Both the position numbers and the translations under genes were made by a program. A DNA stretch of 64,000 bases from assembly GCA_965644265.1 (NCBI GenBank), contig OZ286460.1:50158001-50222000 (forward strand). Reading direction: 5' to 3'. Positions 35,584-45,210 of this stretch are shown here, piece after piece. Source of the stretch: Glycera tridactyla. Its lineage: Eukaryota. The notes under the pieces are model-generated. The model had not been told where the DNA came from, searched no databases, and saw only the letters and a list, made by a program, of their open reading frames with translations. Numbering within the stretch: the stretch's first letter is position 1; each line of letters begins with the position of its first letter.

Positions 35584-36054
35584 CTATAAACTGCATTTGC
35601 GTATGATATTTTATCACATGAGATGATGGCTAAGAATGTGGTAACAGCGCCGTATCACCCTTCTCTGATAAAGGAATCTGTATCACCCTGTCAGGGTGAT
35701 TCAGATTCCTAGCCTAGCTATCTGTGCATACGCTTCTGTCACGGGAACGGGGCTCGAACAACAGCGATGCCCGCCTTCCGATACAACATAAGATTCTTTT
35801 TTCATCATGAATATGCGAAGGATTAACAGGTGAAATTTAGCAGGGAAGGTACGAAATTGATGTGTTAATTACATATCTATTGTTTAAAATCTCATGTGAT
35901 AAACACAGAACGACATGTGTATGTGATACTTGAGCTGGTATCGGGAGGTAGGCGGCGGAGCACCTCTTGAGCGCCACATGCTCTCGAGGTGCCCCTGCTG
36001 CCTGCCTCCCAATACCAGCTCTCGTATCACATATGCATATCATTCTGTTTATAT
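35584..36054. mobile_element. Palindrome-rich non-autonomous element
   Basis: Hairpin GGAATCTGTATCACCCTG-T-CAGGGTGATTCAGATTCC near 35673-35710; stem of about 65 bp at 35907-36046; ATCACATGAGAT inverted pair; the terminal TAAAC.G.AT..GTATG motif occurs three times. Confidence 0.65.
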
Positions 36055-36773
36055 CTTTGCAAGACAGGTTAACTTTCGCCAGCAGGTTGTGTTATTTTGC
36101 TGAAAGAAGTTGACTCATCTTAACTGAATAGTCTAGAGGAGAGTGTTAGGACATCGTTATTAACACATTGCTTCCTTGGATACAGTGCAATCTTTGTTAG
36201 AGGCATGGTTTTGTATTGAGACCCAAAAAAGAGGGAGGTTTAGCTATAGGGTAAACGTGAGACTGATTACTCGGAAGCATCAGCTTTGTTGTACATCTTC
36301 AAGTTCTTGCTAATTCAGCCATCACTTGGGTTACCACAATATATGAATAGATTTAAGCTTGCATTTTGATGGAGATGTGATATCTGACTCCTAATTAGCA
36401 AATTTCTGCTTCAAGATAGTTGCCGCATTCATATTTTGAACTTGGCATCACAATTATTACCTCCGGCTAGTGAATTTCGAATACCTCACTTGCTTCGGTG
36501 AATCGGAAGTGGTATTTCAGGCAAACTATAATTCATCTGCTATATGTGTAAGATCGAACAGACTTGCCTAGAGAATGTATCATATGGTTGTGCATACATG
36601 GTTTTGTTCTTGATGGGATGCCTCATAACGGTCTGCCCAAGGAGAATATACAATGTATTGATCATTTGGTTCTTCCATTGAATCATACTAGAATCTGGGT
36701 TCTCGCATCTTTTCACATTGTTGTCTGACATATCTAATAGAGTAAATGTGGTTGCATAAATGTAAAAGCACGT

Positions 36774-36820
<47 letters not shown>

Positions 36821-36841
36821 CACACACACATCTGATGGCTG

Positions 36842-37037
36842 CAGAGATGCCAACCATCACAATTTTGGAGTAATAATTACTCGTTTTGAGCTGAAATTTT
36901 GGCATATAATGCATAGCTTTACTAAAAAAAAATTGATGTTCCTATTTGATCATTGTAAGTACTCACATGTACTGCCACCATTACTCTAAATGATTGGCAT
37001 CATCACAAAATTTGGTTGTCAAAGGCTGGCATCCCTG
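36842..37037. mobile_element. MITE with CAGAGATGCCAACC termini and 6-bp TSD
   Basis: CAGAGATGCCAACC/GGCTGGCATCCCTG; flanks TGGCTG/CGGCTG (one CpG-type change). Confidence 0.7.
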
Positions 37038-39480
37038 CGGCTGTATGGTTTTTGGTGTTGAGCGTGTCTCAGTTGAGGTATTCATTTGCTGCAGCTGATG
37101 AGCCATCCTTTGGTGCCAGCTGAGACCTCAGCAATGAAAGAAAATACTGGCCAGATGACCATTACATGGAATCATCATAAGATTCCATAGGTCACATAAA
37201 TCACAATTGAGGTTCCAGCATCATGCCAACATATGTGACGATTTACAATCATTCTCCAAGAATTAGGAATGAATATTCTGATATATAGAAAGGAAAGTGG
37301 TCAGTTGGTTGAGTGAGTAACTATTGTCCTGCTAAAGTCCCGCCTCAATATTTCTTACCTGCATCTTCTGTGGACTCCTGTTTTTTTTTTTTTTTAGCTA
37401 AATGTAATATTGATTTCGAAATTGCCCATATTTCCCTAGCATTGTCAATAGTTCTGATAATTACGAATCTTTGAAAGAATGTGAATACATTGGGTTCTTT
37501 TTAATTAGGAGTTTGATAGTACATGGTACTTCCCAACTTTTATTATTATCATGTATATAAATGTAGACTCCATTACCACCAGCAGGTGAATCTGTAATGT
37601 ATAGTGCTGGTTGTATGCTCACCTAACCCTGATATATGGTGAAACTCGTCGCACTTTCTCCCACCTCAGGTAAGTGCGAGTTTTCACTACAGCTTTCTAT
37701 CACGTGATTGTTTGACATCATTCTAGATAATAAACTATAAGAATGATGATGCTTGCTGTTTGTTATTTATTTGAAGAAATTCCGTACATACCTTATCAAA
37801 GTTCTTTCTACTACCCTATCTGGAATGACACCTTGACTGTGTGAATTCAATAGATTTTCACCACCTGTTGGGGACCGGGAGTCTTGAATGATCACACCCA
37901 TGCACATTCCCCGGCGTCACAATATAGCACAAATGGAGCTAATGTTACGTAGAACCAGTACCAACCAGCTTGCAGATTATCTCATGCCACCACCACCTTC
38001 AAATATGTCCTCAGCTAAATTGGCAATATCTGAAGTGCTGCCATGAACATTTTGTCTATGTAGATCATCTCCGTGGTATTTGTATCTATATTCTAGTCTG
38101 AAGTGTCAAAGAATTCTGTCGATCGTGGAAATTGGGCAGTTGAAACCTCGACATGAGCCATCTCAAATCCTGACACGGGTACAAATAATTTTGATTGATG
38201 TATGCCGTTCGAGTTCTCAGTGATTTTTAAAGAAGGATCCCTTGAAGCTTCCCCGAGCGGGACCTTCGTGAAGTTGCACCTCCCGTTGAGGACCATTCAT
38301 CACGAGCATAGCTCATGTCACCGAGTATTCTGATTACAAAGACTTGATTGTGTGCATCATGATATTTGTGCTTCATCATGTGGCAAAGATACTAGGCAAC
38401 GTCTCCTGATATCTGCACTCCATGCTTGATTGGTGGATATCTGCAAAAGAATAGCCCCCTTGCGATTCCCTCCAAATCCCAGAAATCATACCTTGAGTGT
38501 CTGAATTTCATAAATCATCACCTTCCACTGGGGACCCAGGAGAAGGAGTCTTGACAGATCCCACTCATGCCCTTTGCATGGGCGTAAGAATATAGCCCAG
38601 ATGCTGCTATCACAAAAAAAACATGACATTAAACTACAACCAACCAACTTAATTGATTGGTTGGTTTGTATCCCATGAATACCACATGGGCTATGTTGAG
38701 ATGCACATACTATCGGTATGGGTGGGTTCATTCAAGACAACCCCTTTTAGATCCTCAACTGAAGGTAAAAAACTGACATTGGGACAGTAGGTGTAGTTGA
38801 TTATATATATATACAGTATATATCAACCCAAGGGATCATGTATGCCATGTCTTCTTGATCTATGAAAGCTGAATGCCTGTCCACTTATCTGATATTTCTC
38901 TGAGAAAAACCTTACCAGGTCCCATGACCGCCTGCTACTTCTAGCATAGACCAGTGATGCATCTTTTACAGGAGCACAGTTTAACCTTCTTGACGGACCG
39001 CCTCTTTATAAAGGTCACCATAACCTGCAACCATGATGGTATTTCCTGCAGTTAACACACCTCTCCACGAAATCCATCTATCTATCTGTAGACAGGTTTG
39101 ACTGTGCATTGTTTGGGGTCCCAATATAGCCCAGCTGGTGCCCATGACTCATCAAACTACCAACATGTCTCCCAGTGTCATGTATGTCCGTGTATAGCAG
39201 CAACTCACCTATGGCACCACCATGATCACCTTTTCACTCATTTAACAGGAATGACACCGAGTTTTCAAGAATTTTAGCCTGTTGGGACCCAGGAGGAGGA
39301 GTCTTGGATGATCCCACCCATGCCCACTGCATGGGCGTCACAATATAGCCAGTCTGGCACTGATGTGACTAAACCAGAACCAACCACTACAATAGAGTCA
39401 AACCAGAACCAACCACTATATACAATCTCATGTTCACATGGTAACACCACGGTCAACATCTTTAATAACAGAAATGACAC

Positions 39481-39640
39481 CTTGAGTGTCTGTGAATTTC
39501 ATAAATTTTCGCCTTCTGTTGGGGATCCAGAAGGAGGAGTCTTGAATGATCCCACCCATGCCTATTGCATGGGCGTCACAATATAGCCCAGATGGAGCTG
39601 ACGTGACGTTAAACCCCCAACAAAAAAACAAAAAAACAAC
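39481..39640 (+). repeat. SINE-like repeat 3' part with (CAAA)-rich tail
   Basis: GAGTCTTGAATGATCCCACCCATGCC..TGCATGGGCGTCACAATATAGCCCAG...GACGTTAAACCCCCAACAAAA; copies at about 37855, 38480, 39270 and 57340; no clear tRNA head seen. Confidence 0.55.
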
Positions 39641-39699
39641 TAGTCAGTGTCGGCAGTAGTTGTCCAAGGTATATTGCATGCAAGGTGCGGCAACAATGT

Positions 39700-40590
39700 A
39701 AACTCTTTGTGTTAATTTATCAGCAGGATGACCTGATGACAAGGTCAAGAATGATGGGAGTCCAGGGTCTCTACAGATGGCAGCCACCAATGGGCGCGGG
39801 ACTTTTACTCTAAAGTGCTGCCATCGGGGATGATGTGGCCTAGGTGTAGCATCATCCCTTCTCTTCTTCTCAATATCTTTTGGAATGGGAGGGGGGGGGG
39901 GGGGGGGGGGGGTTGAATGAAAACATACCTTCAAAATTTTCTATCATCTATCTTTAAGCATTTTCTACCAAAATTGCACTATCACCAGATTTCTTTTTTC
40001 TTGACCTCTTTCCTATCCCTCTAAGCTATTTCTTATCTCTTCAGTGAAATGGTCTCAGGTGTAGGTGGCTGATGGTTTGCCTGTAGCAGATATTGTCACT
40101 ATGCAAAACGCGGGTACCAGGCACACCAGTTCTGGGTTACTAGGGCTGCAACTAGGTTTACTAGGTTGTGTGATGGCATTGTACTGCAAGCATAGGGCAA
40201 GCCATGATTGTAAAGCTGGTTTGAAGTTGACAGTTCGTAATTGAAGACATTGTTTGTGTATTCTCCGAACCTAATGCTTTTCCTTGTTTCAAGTACTGCG
40301 CTTTGCGTGAAAAAAAAAAAGCATAGCTATCAGGCTTGAGTGTTAGCTTCCAGTCAGTTACATAGTTAGATATGCCATCACCAGGTTCAACATGTCTTTT
40401 TTGTAGAGTTAGAGTTGGTAGGGGTGTGTCTGAACCATCAGCTACTTCCACTTGACAACCTTTCAGGTTCCCCATCATCTTGTGTTCAGGGTTTGTGAGA
40501 GTGATGTCTGCAGGGGAGAGACCATCTAGCTTTCATTGACCAGGAACACACGGCATACATAATCCTGTGGGTTGATACATGCCGTTAAGC
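39700..40590 (-). repeat. Unclassified interspersed repeat with decayed ORF (paralogue of 2340-3260)
   Basis: Minus frame reads GMYQPTGLCMPCVPGQ*KLDGLSPADITLTNPEHKMMGNLKGCQVEVADGSDTP. Confidence 0.75.
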
Positions 40591-43500
40591 CTCAAACAAA
40601 CAAACAAACAATGACACATGTACATGGTTCATACAGAAATTCTTGAATTGAATTTAGACTGAGAACCATTTTTAAGGACTCAAAATCCAGTCTTGATTGT
40701 TCAAGAAACCACTGTTTATGTGGTAGGGTGCTTGGCTCACTAGTTTTCGCCATCAATGCTGACTTTTTGTTGTGAAACTGGTCCCGAAACCAGATGATTT
40801 TTCGGTAGTTATCCTCGTGCCAGCATGTCACCGAAAATTTGAACTTTTCAGTGACAATTGTTGGTGGGATTTGAAAAATTAATTAGTGTGGCACAAGGAA
40901 TTCAAGACTTTCCTTAGAAATTTAAGGAATTACAGACTTTTTCGTCAATATTTACATTTTTTTTGAGGCAGTGATCACATTTAAAGACTTTCTAAAGACT
41001 GACAGCATCAACTGTATCTGGACTTGTGACAACTCCATTCACTGCAAGCATTAGCCCCAACACTGAATATAGATGTGAATGAGAATGAATGACAAAACTC
41101 ATGTTGCATTATATTAATAATATACATTATTTATTTCCTGTACAATTTGTTCGAGCATCAACTGGAAGTTGAGACTATTTCTTGGAATGCTGAAATGAGG
41201 CAAAAGCAGAATGCACATACAAAGCAAGGGATGTAAGATGTGTAACCATGGAACAAGTTTCCCATATGCATTAACAGTGTGCAATCCATCAAATAATCAA
41301 GGTGTTTGGGCTTTTCTCCCCATTTATCAACCCTTTGATATCTGAGCATATTTTGGAGAGTTCACACTACATGCCTTGGCCTCAGCATTGCCTGATTCAA
41401 GCAAACCAAGAAACAGAATCCACTTTAATTACGACAGCATGCAATGTGTGACAAATGGAATGAACAGATGATATGATGCTATGATGCTTTGTGAAAGATA
41501 TAAATTACAACCAATTATATGAACCTGCATGTATAAGGCAGGCAATCCTTGCAGATGAAAAATTATCCCACACCATACTTCAAGATTGAAAGTATCACAT
41601 ATACCATGTAATGGGGTCTGTAATACTTCATACTGTCACCAGGGCAACAAGCAGACCTGTGGTCTCAGGCTTTTCCATGACTACTGGTATCTTGTATTTT
41701 GATCAGGTTAAAATCATTAGCTTCACCAATTCATACGGCTCCTCTTGCTCACTGCAAAAATTCAAATTAACCAATGGATACATTGGTGAGGAATCCCAAA
41801 TGAAAGTTATAGGAGTAGAAGAGAAGAGGACTGGTGGAAAGATAAGATGACTCCATTCAGTCTGAGGGAAAGTTCACAGGCGTCCTTTAAGAACTAGTTG
41901 CTTACTGAGAATGAAGGGAATGATATATGTAACAGAGCACCAAAATATTTGACAAGGTGGAACTAATGAGAGAATATGAGGAATAAAAATACCAATCCCT
42001 CTTCATGTGGCAGCCCAACTCTACAGAAACAGCATTAGTCCTTGTATGATATCCTAGGCACCACATTTTGACCAAAAAGAAGTATCCATCCAATTCAGTG
42101 ACTTTGTATTGGCACTTGAGCAATGTATTCCTATACGATTTTAAGTAAAGCTGTGATTTTATCCTTGACCAAAGACTACCGAGGTGCTCCAGCTTTACCA
42201 ACAAAACTCGGCAAGGTATTTCAGAATTTCAGACATCATAAATCCGTGTTTGAAGCGTGATTTCGGAGTGTCTGAGTTCCAAAATCATGCTTCATGAAGT
42301 GATCTCTAATGCCTAAAACTTCCTTTTAGTCATTTGGCTACAGATCAGTGAACTCCGTCCACAAAATGGCACAAGAGTTCTCGTTGATGACAGTGACCAG
42401 GCAAACTCAACCAACAAGACCTGATGAGTAATGGCATTACTGCACTTAATTTGATAGATTTCATGAAATGAAACACCAGAATAAATAAATAATTGTGAAT
42501 GGTAAGAACAGGATAGATCCAAATTGGTGTCTCACATGCTTAATTAATGCCGGATGATCTATATTATTTTCACCCATGTGCTGATGCAAATTGTTGGTGA
42601 TAGTGGGTGGGACAATAATCCACTAAATTTGACTCCAAAATACTGAGAGAAATTTTGCAAAAATTGATATGTTACCATAGCTAATTCATTATTTGAAATG
42701 TGTTTTCCTAAAGCTTATGTATGAAGATCAACCAGGCTTGATTATGAGAGGTAAAATTCTGGAATCCAGAAGTAACTGAAAGAATAAATAAAAACAGGAT
42801 AGCAATAACAAAGATAAAAGCCAGAGTACAAATGTAAGTGCAATGAGTAAGTTGGGTTGTTCGCATAACTCATACATATATGTATAGAACATAACAAGTC
42901 AGAATAAATAAATGCACTCCACATGAAAGAAAGTCCTCTTGCACGGATCCGTAATAACTGTTCACTGACTCACGGATACCCAAGACCATTCAGTCCATAA
43001 ATATCAAACCCCGGTAGAGTGAGTGAGATGAAAAGCACACTGTGATGCCTATCTGCTGGTGAATAAATTCTCTCTGGCATAAAAGCAAGAACATTTGTCC
43101 AAGATGCAAGCACAATTCCAGCCAAAGCTAGCCTGGTATTCATTACTTTCTCACAATGCTGTCCTTCTAGATGGATATTCCCCATGGACTCTTCCCATCT
43201 TTCTGATAGTGGATCGATCCCCCTGGGAATGAGAACATAGAAAGCACAGTTTTAGTTCCCTGACCATTCAGAAAGTGGCAATGATATTTCACTTAAAATC
43301 TCCAGACCTTGTAAGCTTCTGTGATGATTTTCATCGAATATGCATAGCCGACTGACCAATTCAAATCTGAACGGGGAAATTTGTTCTTTTGCAGATTCAT
43401 AGGAGGGAACATGATTTTCTCCTCTTGTCAAATGTTCATCCGGGAGCTTAGCTAACAGACATATGATCATAACCAAGCAATAAATCATCTACTCAACATC

Positions 43501-45168
43501 TTCCTTGAGCTTTCATACCATTAGTACCTCTGAAGATACATTATTTCCACTTATAATTGAACCTTGCTTAAATCCTAACTGGATGTCTTGCAACATTTAT
43601 ACAAACCACCGGCACAAGGCTTGACTACAAAAAGTTTGGAATATGTAAAGTACAGTATTTGTTGCCTGGTAGTACACACCAAACATGAGATCTGCGATTC
43701 AATTCAAGATGTCTCCTGACATAAAGGCACCAGGTTGGCATATCTTCAAATAAAGGGCTTTAAAAATGATATAGAAGAATATTCTTCATTGATTAAAAAA
43801 ACAAGACAATTATTGAATAGGTATCAAAAGATTATGAATATAGGTGTCTGGAGTAGAAATTCGTTATGCCACATCTTTCCATCAGAATAAAATCACCAAA
43901 GTATTTCTATTCAAATGTATTCACCAAAAGCACCTGTGATACAAATATATCTGGCCAGTAAAAGGACCCATGAAATGACTCAAAACATTATAAATTCACC
44001 AAATCTTGATGCACTACAAAACCATTTTCACAGCAACATATCTCAAAATGGAAATAGCTGAGAATTTATGACATCGATCGCTGAATATCAAGTAGCATCA
44101 ATGCAATGATACTATGCAAGCATTAGAAATTGGGAATGGGCAATGTGAATACAACATGGACACCGATTACGAAAGAGACAATTTGTGACCCATTGCTTTG
44201 CATTAATGATGGGATCAGTTCCAGATTTCATTTGTCCATGGGGTCGGGAGCACTTCATGCCACGCCTATATTCAAAACTCTAAAAGCGCTGTCTCTGTCA
44301 CAGCTAAATATGAGCGAAATTTCTAAGCCAAATATGCAACGACTTTGACTGCAACCGAAAAGTAGAACAACATCCCCATAATCTTATTACAGTCTCGGTG
44401 CAGCTTGATCCATGTCACCCTAGTTTGTTGAGCGAAATTTGATCACTGTATTATGACTAGAACTTCAGTAATGACAGAGGGAATAGATCCCTGCTCTACC
44501 CATTCATCAATCTGAAGTAGTCATGCATGATAAAGACAATATTTACTGGGGGGGGGGGGGGGGGATATCATCGCAAAATATAGATGATGGTGATGGGATT
44601 GAACAGCACTCAAATCCATTCCTAATCTGGAGGTTTGGCTACAAGGATTAATCTGGACCAAGCAGTCCACTTTTACATGTGGAGCCTTGGTCAGTTGTGT
44701 GAATGAGAATATTGCGGAATCACCCAAATACTATTTTACAAGCCGAGAATCAGCAAAACTAGTAACTGCATGTAAAAGCAGGAATAGAAATTAACCATGG
44801 TCCCTGGGTTTTGGTCTGGGTGGCAGAAATGGACAGCGGGTCGCCCAGCTGGCCCCTGTATATTTGAGAGGGATGAATATCATATCCCATCCCGAGATGG
44901 CCATTTTCAGCCATTCTACAAAATAGTATATATACCCTAGTGACAAGAAAACATGACGATTTTTAGAGCAAAGCCGAGTATCCACTCCTCATGGACTAGT
45001 CATATTCAGAGCTCAGCAACACATAGTCATGGTGACGCATTGATAGATGCTGTTGCCCTCCCTCTCTCGTAGCTCCAGCATGCTCATACTGTGACCTCGA
45101 GCAGTGACAGCATCTAGATGACTTGGACAAAACTTGTATTAGAGCGTGATGATGATGTGCGAAGATGC

Positions 45169-45210
45169 TCAACTGTCATGTCTGGACTTCAACGGTACTC
45201 TTGGAAAGAG
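45169..45210 (-). CDS. ASPP (PPP1R13B/TP53BP2): ASPP last coding exon
   Basis: ttgcag|[13 protein letters not shown]; matches the LYPR-type ASPP C-terminus. Confidence 0.88.
   Translation of the reverse strand, partial: LFPRVPLKSRHDS

Larger units (their letters stand above)
33694..36733 (-). pseudogene. Candidate unidentified spliced gene or pseudogene
   Basis: Exon-like blocks 36733-36568, 35396-35332, 34614-34469, 34078-33957 and 33848-33694 join in phase into about 200 open codons before a TAG. Further blocks with in-frame stops lie near 33653-33400, 33229-33107 and 38440-38230. Some splice sites are weak (one GC donor, one GTTAGG donor). Product not recognised. Confidence 0.35.

Noticed and set aside
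37625-37690. CCTGATAT...GTGAAACTCGTC as a second hammerhead
   Set aside because: The core lacks G8/A9 in register, there is no stem II and stem I is not supported; only a 15-bp imperfect hairpin remains
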